Shown: positions 37,839 through 48,581, counted from the stretch's first letter. The stretch: 64,000 bases of DNA from an uncultured Acidobacteriota bacterium (GCA_963725335.1 CAVRYD010000011.1:1115756-1179755), one strand, 5' to 3'. Notes: generated from the sequence alone by a model not told the origin. Program-made: numbers and translations.

Positions 37839-40616
37839 ATGCGAAGACTCCGTCTGATGGCTCTCATGGTTGTGGCCGGTGCGATCACCGTCTTGGCTGC
37901 TCAGCAGCCCGCGGACCGTTCGTGGACGCCCGGCGTTCAGAAGGCGCCCGACGACTCGCCGGTGCTGTCGCCCGGAGACGAAATGAAGCAGTTCTATCTG
38001 CCGTCCGGATTTCACGCGGAGCTCGTGGCAGCCGAACCCCTCATCCAGGATCCGATTGCAATCGACTGGGATGCCGATGGGCGCATGTGGGTGGTCGAGT
38101 ATCCGGAATACGTCCAGGACCTCCAGGCGCCAGAGCCGAACCTCGATCCCATCGGACGCATCGTCGTGCTCGAAGACACGGACAACAACGGGCAGATGGA
38201 CAAACGCACCGTGTTCGCGGACGGCCTCGTTCAGGCGCGGGCGGTCAAGGCGCTCGATCACGGAATCCTGGTGCTCGAGCCTCCGAACGTCTGGCTGATG
38301 CACGACACCAACGGCGACTTGAAGGTGGACACCAAGGAGCTGGTCGGCACCGACTACGGCCGCCGGGAGGGAGGCGTCGAAGGCAACGCCAACAGCTTCG
38401 AGTGGGGTCTCGACAACTATCTGCATTCCGCCGGATCCAACGTCACGTACTCGCTCCGCTTGAAGGACGGGGTGTTCGATCGGCGTCCGACGCTGTCGCG
38501 AGGTGAGTGGGGCGTCGGTCAGGACGACTTCGGACGAATTTTCCGCAACGACAGCGAGTCGACGATCCAGGTCGACCTCGTGCCGACGCCGTACTACGCG
38601 CGGAATCCCGCGATGATTCGTACGCGCGGCAGCGACGAGGTGCTGACGAACGACACCAACAACATCAACGAGGTCTGGCCGGTGCGGCCCAATCCCGGCA
38701 CCAATCGATCGTACCAGTTCGGGATTACGCGACCGTCCAACGCCACGCTCGTGCAGGTGACGGCCGCGTGCACGCCCATGGTCTATCGCGGTGATAGATT
38801 ACCGCCCGAGCTGTACGGCAATGTGTTCGTCGCCGAGCCCGCCGGCAATTTCGTCAGGCGCATCGTGCTCGAAGACGACGGGACGACGTTGCGCGCCCGC
38901 AACGCGTACGACAAGGCGGAGTTCTTCGGCTCGACCGACGAGCGGTTCCGTCCGGTGTTCATCTCGAACGCCCCGGATGGAACGCTGATGGTGGTGGACT
39001 TCTACCGAGGCGTTCTCCAGGACCGCGCATCGACCACCCTCTATTTGAAGGACTACATCCAGAAGCGAAAACTCGACGCGCCGACAGGCGTGGGCAGAGG
39101 CCGCGTCTACCGCATCGTGCACGAGGGTTTGCAGCGAGACACGACCCGGCCGCAACTCTCTCGCGCAACGCCGGCGCAGCTCGTGGAAGCACTGTCCCAC
39201 CCGAACGGCTGGTGGCGCGACACGGCCCAGCGTCTCCTCGTCGAACGCAGCGGCGTGAAGGTCGTCCCAGAACTCAAGGCGCTTGCGACCAGCACGGCGC
39301 CGGCTCGCACTCGCGTGAAGGCACTCTGGGTCCTCGACGGCATTGACAACATCGACATCGCAACCGTGACCAAAGTGTTGACGGATGCTTCGCGCGACGT
39401 CCGCACGTCCGCCGTGCGCCTCGCCGAGCGGTGGCTGGGCGATGCGGGCAGTCCGGTTCAGGACGCCGTTTTGAAACTGATCGACGACCCGGACTGGCAG
39501 GTCCGCGAGCAGGTCGCGGCGTCACTGGGCGCCCTAGCCACGGGACACAAGGAGACGGCGATCGCTTCACTGCTGCAGAAGCATGCAGACGATCCAGTGG
39601 CGACGGATGCGGCGCTGAGCGGCGCACGCGGAAGCGAGCCGGCCATACTGGAGAAGCTCCTGCAGACGGAGGCCGCGCAGACGGTCGCGCACGATGCCGC
39701 GATCGTGATGGTGAGCGCGACCATCTTTCGCGCCGGTCAGGAGGCGGCCATCCAGACGACGTTGGCGATGGTCGCCGATGCGACCCGTCCGGCATGGCAG
39801 CGGTCGGCGATGCTCCGCGGCGCGGAAGTGGCGCTGGTGCCGAACACGCCGATGCCGGGAACCGCGCGGCGTGGTGCCGCACCGTCGATCACGGCGACCG
39901 CCGCGGCCACTCCGGGTGCGCCCTGCCCGACCTGTCCCGGCGGCCGTGCGGGTCCGGGAGGTGCTTATGCGTTCGACGATGCCCGCCCACCGGCGGTAGC
40001 GACACCGGCGATCTCAGGAGGCGGACGCGGAGGCGGGCCTGGCGGCCGTGGCGCCGGCGGGGGGCGCGGACGCGGCGGGCCGAGGCTCCAGATCGTTCGC
40101 GAACCGGCGGCATTTGCGGCGCTCGCCGGAGGCTCGGACGAACTGGCGTCTCGCGCGGCCAACGTGCTGGCCAGGATCGAGTGGCCGGGAAAACCGGGCG
40201 CGGCAAATCCGGTGACGCCATTGAGCGCCGCCGAGCAGCAACGCTTCGAGGCGGGTCGCGAGGTCTATCGCAACATCTGTCAGGCGTGCCATCAGCCCGA
40301 TGGTCGTGGCCTGGCGCGCGTCGCGCCACCTCTCGTCGGTTCCGTGCTCGCGTTGGCGCCGGCGGAAGTCACGGCTCGAATTCTTCTCAACGGCAAGGAA
40401 GGTCCCGTCGGATTGATGCCGCCGATCGGCGCGACGCTCACCAACGATCAAATCGCGAGTGTGTTGACCTATGTGCGGCGCGAGTGGGGACAGGCGGGCG
40501 ATCCCGTCGATCCGGGGACGGTCGAGGCCGTACGGGCACAGACGGCCACTCGCACGCGGCCGTGGACCGACGACGAACTGCTGACGATGGTGTTGGGAGG
40601 CCGCGGCGGTCGGTGA
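37839..40616 (+). CDS. PVC-type membrane-bound-dehydrogenase-domain / HEAT-repeat / c-type cytochrome protein
   Basis: ORF 37650-40616, ATG 37839 ([23 protein letters not shown] signal). [44 protein letters not shown]-like middle region, Gly/Arg-rich linker ([21 protein letters not shown]), and C-terminal heme motif CQACH in [15 protein letters not shown]. Confidence 0.8.
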   Translation: MRRLRLMALMVVAGAITVLAAQQPADRSWTPGVQKAPDDSPVLSPGDEMKQFYLPSGFHAELVAAEPLIQDPIAIDWDADGRMWVVEYPEYVQDLQAPEPNLDPIGRIVVLEDTDNNGQMDKRTVFADGLVQARAVKALDHGILVLEPPNVWLMHDTNGDLKVDTKELVGTDYGRREGGVEGNANSFEWGLDNYLHSAGSNVTYSLRLKDGVFDRRPTLSRGEWGVGQDDFGRIFRNDSESTIQVDLVPTPYYARNPAMIRTRGSDEVLTNDTNNINEVWPVRPNPGTNRSYQFGITRPSNATLVQVTAACTPMVYRGDRLPPELYGNVFVAEPAGNFVRRIVLEDDGTTLRARNAYDKAEFFGSTDERFRPVFISNAPDGTLMVVDFYRGVLQDRASTTLYLKDYIQKRKLDAPTGVGRGRVYRIVHEGLQRDTTRPQLSRATPAQLVEALSHPNGWWRDTAQRLLVERSGVKVVPELKALATSTAPARTRVKALWVLDGIDNIDIATVTKVLTDASRDVRTSAVRLAERWLGDAGSPVQDAVLKLIDDPDWQVREQVAASLGALATGHKETAIASLLQKHADDPVATDAALSGARGSEPAILEKLLQTEAAQTVAHDAAIVMVSATIFRAGQEAAIQTTLAMVADATRPAWQRSAMLRGAEVALVPNTPMPGTARRGAAPSITATAAATPGAPCPTCPGGRAGPGGAYAFDDARPPAVATPAISGGGRGGGPGGRGAGGGRGRGGPRLQIVREPAAFAALAGGSDELASRAANVLARIEWPGKPGAANPVTPLSAAEQQRFEAGREVYRNICQACHQPDGRGLARVAPPLVGSVLALAPAEVTARILLNGKEGPVGLMPPIGATLTNDQIASVLTYVRREWGQAGDPVDPGTVEAVRAQTATRTRPWTDDELLTMVLGGRGGR

Positions 40617-40669
40617 TCGGTCGGCTGCGAATTGTAGCGGTGATACGATCTTTTCTTGGTGGAACGCAC

Positions 40670-41671
40670 ATGAAGAAACTGATCAACGACCCGGGGGATG
40701 TGGTGCGGGAATCGCTGGCTGGGTTCGCCGCAGCCCACTCCGAAATCCTCAAGGTCTGCTTCGATCCGGTGTACGTGGTCCGGGCGGATGCCCCCGTCGC
40801 CGGCAAGGTGGGCATCATTTCGGGCGGCGGCAGCGGTCACGAACCCTTGCACGGCGGATTTGTGGGCCAGGGCATGCTCGATGCCGCCTGTCCCGGCCAG
40901 GTCTTCACTTCCCCCAGTCCCGACCAGATGGAAGCGGCCACCGACGCTGTCAATGGGGGAGCCGGCGTCCTCCACATTGTCAAGAACTACACCGGCGACG
41001 TCATGAATTTCGAAATGGCCGCCGAGCTTTGCCAGGCTCGCGGCATCGAGGTGCAGGCGGTCGTGATTGCCGATGACGTCGCCGTCCAGGACAGCCTCTA
41101 CACCGCCGGACGCCGCGGCGTCGGCGCCACCGTGTTGGCCGAAAAGATCTGCGGCGCGGCCGCCGCCCGCGGTTACGATCTCGGCCGCGTCGCGGCGCTG
41201 GCCCGCCGGGTGAATGCCTGCGCTCGTTCCATGGGCATGGCCTTGAGCCCCTGCACCGTGCCCGCCGCCGGCAAACCCAACTTCGAGCTGGGCGATGACG
41301 AAATCGAGATGGGCGTCGGCATCCATGGCGAACCGGGCCGGCGCCGCATGTCTCTCATGCCCGCCGCCGAGTCGGTCGCGCACATGGCCGAGGCCATCCT
41401 GGCCGATCTGCCATTCCGCGCCGGCGACCGCGTCATTGCCATGCTCAACGGCATGGGCGGCACGCCCCTCATCGAGCTGTATCTCGTCTACGGCGAACTG
41501 GAACAGCACCTGCGCAGCCGGCAGATCGCCATCGCCCGCCGCCTAGTCGGCAACTACATCACCAGCCTCGACATGGCCGGCTGCTCGATCACCCTGTTAC
41601 AGGCCGACGACGAGTTGTTGTCGCTGTGGGACGACCCCGTGCTGACGCCGGCCCTGCGATGGGGAATGTGA
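40670..41671 (+). CDS. dhaK: dihydroxyacetone kinase, DhaK subunit
   Basis: [19 protein letters not shown]...[37 protein letters not shown]...[18 protein letters not shown]. It occupies the tail of the spurious long ORF 39431-41671. Confidence 0.9.
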   Translation: MKKLINDPGDVVRESLAGFAAAHSEILKVCFDPVYVVRADAPVAGKVGIISGGGSGHEPLHGGFVGQGMLDAACPGQVFTSPSPDQMEAATDAVNGGAGVLHIVKNYTGDVMNFEMAAELCQARGIEVQAVVIADDVAVQDSLYTAGRRGVGATVLAEKICGAAAARGYDLGRVAALARRVNACARSMGMALSPCTVPAAGKPNFELGDDEIEMGVGIHGEPGRRRMSLMPAAESVAHMAEAILADLPFRAGDRVIAMLNGMGGTPLIELYLVYGELEQHLRSRQIAIARRLVGNYITSLDMAGCSITLLQADDELLSLWDDPVLTPALRWGM

Positions 41672-41673
41672 AC

Positions 41674-42306
41674 ATGGCAGTGAGCAGGGAGGATGTGCTG
41701 CGCTGGCTGGACGCTTCGCAAAAGGTGTTCGCCGAAAACCGGCAGCAGCTTACCGACCTGGATTCAGCCATCGGCGACGGCGACTTCGGAATCAGTCTGG
41801 ACCGCGGCTTCACTGCGGTGCAGGCAGAGCTGTCCGCTAACCCTCCGGCTGATCTCCGCTCTGTCTTTCAGAACGTGGCGACTGTCCTCATCCGCACCAT
41901 GGGTGGCACCTCCGGGCCTCTCCTGGGCACATTTTTTCTCCGCGCCGGATCGGCGTGCGCGGGCAAGTCCGAGCTCGCGCCCGGCGACGTGGTGGCGCTG
42001 TTCCAGGCCGGCGTCGACGGCATCCAACAGCGCGGCAAAGCCGCGCTCGGCGACAAGACTATGCTGGACGCTCTGCTTCCCGCAGTGGATGCGATGCGAG
42101 GTGCCCTGGAGGCTGGAAACGACCTGGCGGAAATGGTAGAACGGGGCGCCGCGGCGGCCGAAGCCGGCGTGCAGGCAACGAAGACCATGCAGGCGCGCAA
42201 GGGTCGTGGCAGTTATCTGGGAGAACGCAGTGTCGGACACCAGGACCCGGGCGCCACCGCCGCGCATCTTTTATTGAAAGCCGCTGCAGAAGTGTGGCGC
42301 TCGTGA
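41674..42306 (+). CDS. dhaL: dihydroxyacetone kinase, DhaL (ADP-binding) subunit
   Basis: ORF 41626-42306, ATG 41674. LTDLDSAIGDGDFGISLDRGF...MGGTSGPLLGTFF...GDKTMLDALLPA...ARKGRGSYLGERSVGHQDPGA. Confidence 0.9.
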   Translation: MAVSREDVLRWLDASQKVFAENRQQLTDLDSAIGDGDFGISLDRGFTAVQAELSANPPADLRSVFQNVATVLIRTMGGTSGPLLGTFFLRAGSACAGKSELAPGDVVALFQAGVDGIQQRGKAALGDKTMLDALLPAVDAMRGALEAGNDLAEMVERGAAAAEAGVQATKTMQARKGRGSYLGERSVGHQDPGATAAHLLLKAAAEVWRS

Positions 42307-42349
42307 TCGTGACCTTGTGTTACATTTCGCACCGTCGTCGAGGTGGCCT

Positions 42350-43503
42350 ATGAAAACACGTTGTATCAGTGGAGTGGCTGTGGCGCTGGCGTTATCAGCC
42401 GGCATCACCCTATTCGCGCAGACACCGACACCCGCTGGCGGCGGCCAGTTACCTTCGGGCGGCGCTCAGGCACCTTCGGGCAACGCCCAGGCCCCCCCCG
42501 GTGGCCTTTCGCAGGCGCAACAAAGACTTCTACCCAAGGCGCTGGACAAGGCACCGGATATCAAGTTCGACGTCGTGAAGGACTTCATGAAGTTGCCGCC
42601 CAACGTGTATATGGGCGAAGGCATCGGGATCGCGACCAACTCCAAGGGTCACATCTTCGTCAACACCTGCGCCCAGCAAACGCGCAATTTCGAATTCGAT
42701 CAGAACGGCAATTACGTACGGGAGATCGGGAAGGACCTTTACGGCTTCGTGTTTTGTCACGGCATCCGCGTCGATGCCCAGGACAACATCTGGGTGATCG
42801 ACGAGGGCGCCAACTCGATCATCAAGTTCAACCCGCAAGGCCGCGTGACCATGATCCTGGGTCGCCGAATCGGGTTTCCCTACAATGGCATGGAGCCGGC
42901 TGTGAAGGAGGCTCAATCCGGCGCCGCCTTATATTCTCAATCGTCCCACCGACGTCGCCTTCGACTCCGCCGGCAACATCTTCGTCGCCGACGGCTACGG
43001 CAATTCACGCATCGTCAAGTACCGACAAGTACGGCCACTTCCTCAAACAAGTCGGCAGTCGCGGACCGGGGCCCGGCCAGTTCAACCTGATACATGCCAT
43101 CGCCGTGGATGCTAAGGGAAATGTCTACGCGGGCAGCCGCAGCGACCAGCGCATCGAGGTGTTCGACAACGACCTGAATTACAAGACGACATACGACCAC
43201 GTCGGCGCTCCCTGGTCCTTGTGCATCACCCCGGGCCCGCACCAGTATCTCTACACCTCCAACTCCAACCCTGACTCCCAGGACACCGAGTTACACAAGG
43301 TCAGCGGCCAGATCTTCAAAATGGAGCTGGACGGCACCGTCCTCGGCAAGTTCGGCGTCCCCGGCAAAGAGCAGGGACAGTTCAGCACGGTGCACGGAAT
43401 CGATTGCCGCGTTGACAATGAAATCCTGGTCAGCGAAATCGTCGAATGGCGGTTCCAGAAATTCATCCTGCACCCCACCGCCGCGCAAGGGGGCACGAAA
43501 TGA
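42350..43503 (+). pseudogene. secreted NHL-repeat beta-propeller protein, copy 1; two frameshifts (or sequencing indels)
   Basis: MKTRCISGVAVALALSAGITLFAQ signal (ATG 42350 after GAGGTGG). Frame 2 runs to ~42930, frame 0 reads LNRPTDVAFDSAGNIFVADGYGNSRIVKY, and frame 1 from ~43020 reads DKYGHFLKQVGSRGPGPGQFN...to 43503. Collinear with the intact paralog downstream. Confidence 0.75.
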
Positions 43504-44564
43504 AATACTCACGCTTCGCAGCCGCGTTGCTCTTCGCCGGCGCTCTTCTCGCCGGCTCGCTGTTCGCCCAGCAGAAGGAACTCTCGTTCGAATCCGCCGG
43601 TGACTTTTTGAGCCTGCCGGCTGACCTGCATCTCGGTGAAGTGGCTGGCGTGGCCACCACCTCCAAGGGCAACCTGCTGGTCTACTTCCAGGGTGGCGGC
43701 CCTAACGCCACGATTGGCGCAGCGCGCATCCACATCAACGGCGGCGCGCGCCTGATCGAATTCGATCGCTCCGGAAAGTTTCAGCGCGAGATCGGCGGCT
43801 CCGCCGCCAACAGCCGCCCCTACGCCTTCCTGTTTGCGCAGGGCGTCAGGGTCGATCCCCAGGACAGCATCTGGGTTGTGGATCGCGCCTCGAGGATGGT
43901 CGTCAAGTTCGACCAGTCCGGCCGCGTCCTCCTGACCTTGGGCCGCAGGCTCGAGGCGGTCGGTGAACTCGGCAGCAGCGGAGTGTTCGGCCGCGCTTCC
44001 GGACCTCCGGGATCAGGCGTGCCCGGCGACAATTTCAACCAGCCCACTGACGTGGCCTGGGACGCTGCCGGCAACATTTTCGTCTCGGACGGTTACGGCA
44101 ACGCCCGCGTCGCCAAGTTCGACAAGAACGGGAAGTTCATCAAGTCCTGGGGCGCGACGGGTACCCAATCCGGTCAGTTCAATATTCCCCACTCAGTCGC
44201 CGTCGATGCCCGCGGCAACGTGTACGTCGCCGATATGGGCAATCAGCGGATTCAGGTGTTCGACAACGACGGCACGTTCAAGAGCGAGATCAAGAACGTG
44301 GGCGCGCCGCGTGCCATCTGCATCTCGCCCGGCGCGCACCAGTTTCTCTACAGCTCCAACTCCAACCCGACTGAGGACCCCTTTCTCAACGGCGAGATTT
44401 ACAAGATGGAGCTGGACGGCACGGTGCTCGGCCGTATCGGCCGCGCCGGCAAGCAGTTCAAGGAGTTCGGCATGGTCAATGAGATCGACTGCCGCGATCC
44501 GAACACCTTGTACGTCGCCGAGCTCATGAACTGGCGAGTGCAAAAGCTCAGCCTGAATAACTGA
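43500..44564 (+). CDS. secreted NHL-repeat beta-propeller protein, copy 2
   Basis: ATG 43500 overlaps the copy-1 stop (ATGA). MKYSRFAAALLFAGALLAGSLFAQ signal; NHL units (FNQPTDVAWDAAGNIFVSDGYGNARVAKFD, FNIPHSVAVDARGNVYVADMGNQRIQVFD). Confidence 0.85.
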   Translation: MKYSRFAAALLFAGALLAGSLFAQQKELSFESAGDFLSLPADLHLGEVAGVATTSKGNLLVYFQGGGPNATIGAARIHINGGARLIEFDRSGKFQREIGGSAANSRPYAFLFAQGVRVDPQDSIWVVDRASRMVVKFDQSGRVLLTLGRRLEAVGELGSSGVFGRASGPPGSGVPGDNFNQPTDVAWDAAGNIFVSDGYGNARVAKFDKNGKFIKSWGATGTQSGQFNIPHSVAVDARGNVYVADMGNQRIQVFDNDGTFKSEIKNVGAPRAICISPGAHQFLYSSNSNPTEDPFLNGEIYKMELDGTVLGRIGRAGKQFKEFGMVNEIDCRDPNTLYVAELMNWRVQKLSLNN

Positions 44565-44579
44565 GCCGGCGAGCCCGGC
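44510..44579 (+). repeat. direct repeat, copy A (last 17 codons, stop and hairpin of NHL copy 2)
   Basis: The 55-nt core 44510-44564 matches 48725-48779 at 53/55; weaker similarity continues through the GCCGG...CCGGC hairpin. Confidence 0.85.
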
Positions 44580-44655
44580 AACACAGGAAAGGCGTGGGCC
44601 CCCCGGCTACAAACGTGGAGGGTCTACGCACGAAAGGCGCGCTTGCGCTTCCGCC

Positions 44656-44988
44656 TCATCGATGGACTTCATGACGCCTACGCAGCGTGCGCTTCGGTCG
44701 ATCCGAGCTAGGGCCGAGGCTTAACTTGAGGCGGAACGGCTTCAGAAGCCGATTCAAGGTGTCCTGCGTGGGGTTGTGGCGTGGATTGAGCGTCCGCAGG
44801 AGGTTCGGGCTCGCCATCCCGACCTTGGCTGCGAATTCCTTAACGCCCATCGCTCGAACGACTTTGGCAAGCGCGACCTGAAGAGGAACACCCTCGTCGA
44901 TCGCTCCCAGCAGGAACTCGCGAGCGAATTCTCGATCGCGTAGATCTTCCGCCAGCCCGACATTCCAGTCTCTATGTCGTCTTGCCAC
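44656..44988 (-). CDS. HTH antitoxin-like protein (addiction-module antidote/HigA-like), no toxin partner
   Basis: 110 aa. ...EFAREFLLGAIDEGVPLQVALAKVVRAMGVKEFAAKVGMASPNLLRTLNPRHNPTQDTLNRLLKPFRLKLSL. GTG start. Confidence 0.65.
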   Translation of the reverse strand: MARRHRDWNVGLAEDLRDREFAREFLLGAIDEGVPLQVALAKVVRAMGVKEFAAKVGMASPNLLRTLNPRHNPTQDTLNRLLKPFRLKLSLGPSSDRPKRTLRRRHEVHR

Positions 44989-45004
44989 GACGCTTCACCT
45001 CCAG

Positions 45005-45076
45005 AATCGGGATTCCGCCTTCGCTCGCGCCGGCCTCCGCCTCGGCAATAGCTGCCTGCATGAATTCGTTGGGCAT
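45005..45076 (-). pseudogene. about 24-codon N-terminal stub of a CDA-fold nucleoside/nucleotide deaminase
   Basis: Own translation from ATG (complement of 45074-45076): MPNEFMQAAIAEAEAGASEGGIPI..., then reads into the antitoxin gene and stops at 44972-44974. Confidence 0.4.
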
Positions 45077-45090
45077 GCGTCGATTATCAC

Positions 45091-45672
45091 GTGTTAACTG
45101 CTGTGGATGATGTGGTGAGGGCTGTGGTCGCCGGCGAGCGTCGCATCGTTGTGGTCGATGTCGAGGCGACTTGTTGGAAGAAGGGGGTGTTCAGCCGGAA
45201 AAAGGAGACCATCGAAATCGGCGCGGTGCTGTTGCTGCTCGATCGTGCCCAATCGAAGTGGCGCGAGTTTCAGACATTCGTCCGACCGCAACGACTGCCT
45301 CGCCTCTCCAGCTTCTGTCGCGAACTCACCGGCATCACCCAGGAGAATGTCGATGCCGCTCCCACATTCCCGGAAGCGCTGCGGCTGTTCCTGGAATGGT
45401 CACCACCGTTGGAGCGAGTCGTCCTCGCGACCTGGAGTCGATACGACTTGTGGCAGCTCGATCTGGATCTGGAGGCTCATGGCCTCCCTGAGCTCGGCAT
45501 TCCTTTCCTCGACGTCAAGAAACTCGCTGCGCGCGTCGTCGGTGCAAAGAGCTTCGAGGAGACCGCACGCGAGCTGGCTCCTGATGCTGTCGTCATGCCG
45601 AGGCACCGTGCCATTGCCGATGCGCGTCGGACTGCACGGATCCTGAACCGGCTGCTTCGTCCGCTCGTCTGA
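45091..45672 (+). CDS. DEDDh 3'-5' exonuclease (KapD/ERI-1-like)
   Basis: 193 aa. Exo I VVVDVEATCW, Exo II ...LATWSRYDLWQL, Exo III ...HRAIADARRTARIL. GTG start uncertain. Confidence 0.7.
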   Translation: MLTAVDDVVRAVVAGERRIVVVDVEATCWKKGVFSRKKETIEIGAVLLLLDRAQSKWREFQTFVRPQRLPRLSSFCRELTGITQENVDAAPTFPEALRLFLEWSPPLERVVLATWSRYDLWQLDLDLEAHGLPELGIPFLDVKKLAARVVGAKSFEETARELAPDAVVMPRHRAIADARRTARILNRLLRPLV

Positions 45673-46019
45673 CCCGTCAAGTCCACCAATCGCGGGATCA
45701 TCAGCTTGGTCCGTCGCCTTGGTCGCCGGCATGCAGCGTTCGGCCCGGGCCAAAATATGCCGATCGGCGTCTAACACATGGAGTAGCGTTGGGCGCTTCC
45801 CGTGCGAAAGAGGATTGATGCTGCAATCTGTCAGTTACCTCCTGATCCACGACCGCGACATCAGTAATCCCACCGAACCTGCCTTGCTCGAAAAGCTTCG
45901 TCCGTTTGCGACGCCAGTAACGCTGACTGCGGGTCAGACGCCCGCGGTCAATTTACGTGTCGCCAAAGTCGGGCGATGAGCGCAGTCGATGCAGTCAGCA
46001 AAACGCCGACGTCGTGGGG

Positions 46020-46379
46020 CTACATTGAGACACGACGGTTGGCAGGCCTGGTGAAATAGGAGACGGCCAGAAGGCAGAGCAGTGCGATCGGCACTAACCA
46101 CACGCGCCCCGGTTCGGAGATATACGCGGAGATCGATGCCATAACCCAGGCGAACGTGGCGCCCGCGTAAGCCCATTCCTTCAAAACTGCCAACCCTGGA
46201 AGCAGTAGGACGATCGCCGCCGCCGGCTTCGCCATACCGAGCACGATCCGAAGATGCTGGGGATATCCTGCCTTCGCGAACCCTGTCACGACCTGCTCAC
46301 TGCCAGTGAGATAGCTCAGCGAACCCAGGAGCGCTAACGAAACGAGTGCCGTGGTCCCCCAGTAGATATATCGAGCCAT
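46020..46379 (-). CDS. DoxX-like membrane protein
   Basis: 119 aa, 4 TM. YIYWGTTALVSLALLGS...GYPQHLRIVLGMAKPAAAIVLLLPGLAVLKEWAYAG. Confidence 0.65.
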   Translation of the reverse strand: MARYIYWGTTALVSLALLGSLSYLTGSEQVVTGFAKAGYPQHLRIVLGMAKPAAAIVLLLPGLAVLKEWAYAGATFAWVMASISAYISEPGRVWLVPIALLCLLAVSYFTRPANRRVSM

Positions 46380-46547
46380 GCTGCCTCCATTGGCAGCCGA
46401 CTATACCTCCGCTGACGCGTGGGGGGCCACGACGATCGTCGTCAGTGCCACACTGAAGTCTGTTCTACGGAGTCTACGATCAGGTGTGGTCGACGCTCGT
46501 GGCGTAGTGCTCGCGTGGGCTCACTCGCGCGCTCGTTCGCCAAGTCG

Positions 46548-47792
46548 TTAGCGCCTCGCCTCGTTCTTGTATACGTGTCCGTCTTTCATCACGAACACGA
46601 CCCGCCGCAACGCTGTAATATCGGCGATCGGATCGCCGTCGATTCCCACGAGGTCGGCGTGCAGGCGGGCAGCGACGGCGCCGATTGAAGACTGCATTCC
46701 CAACGACTCCGCCGATAGCGAGGTCAGGGAAACGATCGCATTCATCGGCGGCTGTCCTCCGTCCCTGACCCGCACAATGGCTTCATCGATGTTCCGTCCG
46801 TGCGCGCCGGCCACTGCGTCGGTGCCGTACACGATTTTGAGCTTTGGGACGCGGAGCGCTCGGCGGAATGTATCGGCAATGATCGGTACCGCCTTTTCCA
46901 TGTATGTGAACCCCTCCTGGGTGTAGTTTCCAATCCCCAGGAACTTCGACTTGTTTTCGAGATAGTTCTGCAACACCAACCCGACGTTCGGGTCGAAATA
47001 CGTGCCGTGCTGAGCCATGAGGTTCAGAACTTCGTCCGTCGCGAAAGTCCCGTGCTCGATTTGTGTGCAACCCGCGAGCGTCGCTGCTTTCATGGACTCG
47101 GCGCTGTGCGCGTGGACCAGCGTCCGCAGTCCCTCGGCCTTCGCTTCGCTGCAGGCGGCCTGCAGCTGCTCGTCAGTCATCGTCTGTTTGCCGCCGTCCC
47201 GAATGCTCGCAGAGGCAAAGAGCTTGATGACGTCAGCTCCGGCCGATTTCGCGTCGCGAACGGCCTGCCGGAGCTGGTCGGGCGTCGCAAGGGCTGGCGG
47301 GCTCGCTCGGCCCGCGCCGCTTCGCTCGTTGAGTTGACGCACGGAGGTGAGCAGACGCGGTCCTGGCAGGAGTCCGCGCGCGATCGCGGACCGCAGCTCG
47401 ACGTCCCCGGCTTCGCCGACGCTCTGGACGGTCGTGAAGCCGGCCATCAACGTGACCCACGCATTCTCGACTCCATATAGCGCGCGCTGGGTAGGCGGCT
47501 CGTTGTTCGCCTCGAATCGCCCGTCCTTGTCGAAGTGCCAGAGGATGTGGACGTGCGTGTCGATGAAGCCGGGAAGCACCGTCAGGCGCGATAGGTCGTA
47601 CGTCGGGCTCGTCGTGGCTCGCCCGACACGGGTGATTGTGGCGCCGTCTATCACGATTGAGGCATCACGCACCGACCCGCCACGCCCGTCGATGAGACGG
47701 CCCGCGCGAATCGTGATTGTCTGCGGACTCTGCGCCGGCGCGATTGTCAGCGAGCTCCAGAGAATGAAAGCCGCAGCAACCAGGCGTCTCAT
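46548..47792 (-). CDS. secreted amidohydrolase-family metallo-hydrolase
   Basis: ORF 46548-47897, ATG 47792 (MRRLVAAAFILWSSLTIAPAQS). VLPGFIDTHVHILWHF (HxH), ...LVHAHSAESM..., ...IVYGTDAVAGAHG. Confidence 0.8.
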   Translation of the reverse strand: MRRLVAAAFILWSSLTIAPAQSPQTITIRAGRLIDGRGGSVRDASIVIDGATITRVGRATTSPTYDLSRLTVLPGFIDTHVHILWHFDKDGRFEANNEPPTQRALYGVENAWVTLMAGFTTVQSVGEAGDVELRSAIARGLLPGPRLLTSVRQLNERSGAGRASPPALATPDQLRQAVRDAKSAGADVIKLFASASIRDGGKQTMTDEQLQAACSEAKAEGLRTLVHAHSAESMKAATLAGCTQIEHGTFATDEVLNLMAQHGTYFDPNVGLVLQNYLENKSKFLGIGNYTQEGFTYMEKAVPIIADTFRRALRVPKLKIVYGTDAVAGAHGRNIDEAIVRVRDGGQPPMNAIVSLTSLSAESLGMQSSIGAVAARLHADLVGIDGDPIADITALRRVVFVMKDGHVYKNEARR

Positions 47793-48038
47793 GACGCCGC
47801 TATGGTATCGCGTCGGGGGTCGAAGGGGGCCAGGATTGCCTGAGATGGCGCCGCGAGGACGCCTGCGCCCAGCGCCAGACTGGCAGTCAGGAACCACCAG
47901 AGGTCGCGCATCGACTTCACGTCCTCATCTTGTCACGGAGACGTCGCTGGTTGCATGACATCGTCGGGTCGCATCAGGTTCGACGGGTGACAGCGTCGGT
48001 GATCTGACGTTACGATCTCCAATCAACGCGGAGGACGA

Positions 48039-48581
48039 ATGGGGACATCGCTGGTGGTGACCGTGATTGGCAACGACAGGCCTGGCATTGTCGAACGGCT
48101 GTCGGAGGTCGTGCTTGCGGCTGGAGCCAACTGGGAAGAAAGCCGGATGGCGCGGCTGGCCGGCAAGTTTGCTGGGATCCTGCGCATCAGCGTCGAGGTC
48201 GCGAACGCCGATGCACTGGCCTCGGGGCTGCGCGCGCTCACGAGTGACGGTCTCACGATCGTCGTCGAGAGCAGTGCCGAGGCACCAGCGGAAACGTTCC
48301 GTACCGTCCGACTCGATCTGGTCGGCAACGACCACCCGGGGATCATCCGGGACATTTCGAAGGTGCTGGCGCAGCACCAGGTGAACATCGAGGAGCTGGA
48401 AACCGGCGTCTCCGGCGCGCCGATGACCGGCGAGCAACTGTTCCGCGCGCACGTGCAACTGAGATTGCCTGCAGCGGTGACGACTGACTGGCTGCGCGGC
48501 CGGCTCGAGGCGCTCGCCGGTGAGCTGATGGTGGACGTCGCGCTCGACGAGCAAGCCGGTAAGGATCACGGCGCCGGCTGA
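48039..48581 (+). CDS. tandem ACT-domain protein (GcvR-like regulator)
   Basis: 180 aa. VVTVIGNDRPGIVERLSEVV and LDLVGNDHPGIIRDISKVLAQHQVNIEEL. RBS GGAGGA. Confidence 0.7.
   Translation: MGTSLVVTVIGNDRPGIVERLSEVVLAAGANWEESRMARLAGKFAGILRISVEVANADALASGLRALTSDGLTIVVESSAEAPAETFRTVRLDLVGNDHPGIIRDISKVLAQHQVNIEELETGVSGAPMTGEQLFRAHVQLRLPAAVTTDWLRGRLEALAGELMVDVALDEQAGKDHGAG

Noticed and set aside
39431-41671. 746-aa ORF in the track spanning the 3' part of the heme-protein gene and all of dhaK
   Set aside because: The first ~410 codons are an Arg/Gly-rich out-of-frame read-through of 37839-40616 with no protein-like features. Only the part from ATG 40670 ([10 protein letters not shown]..) is DhaK.
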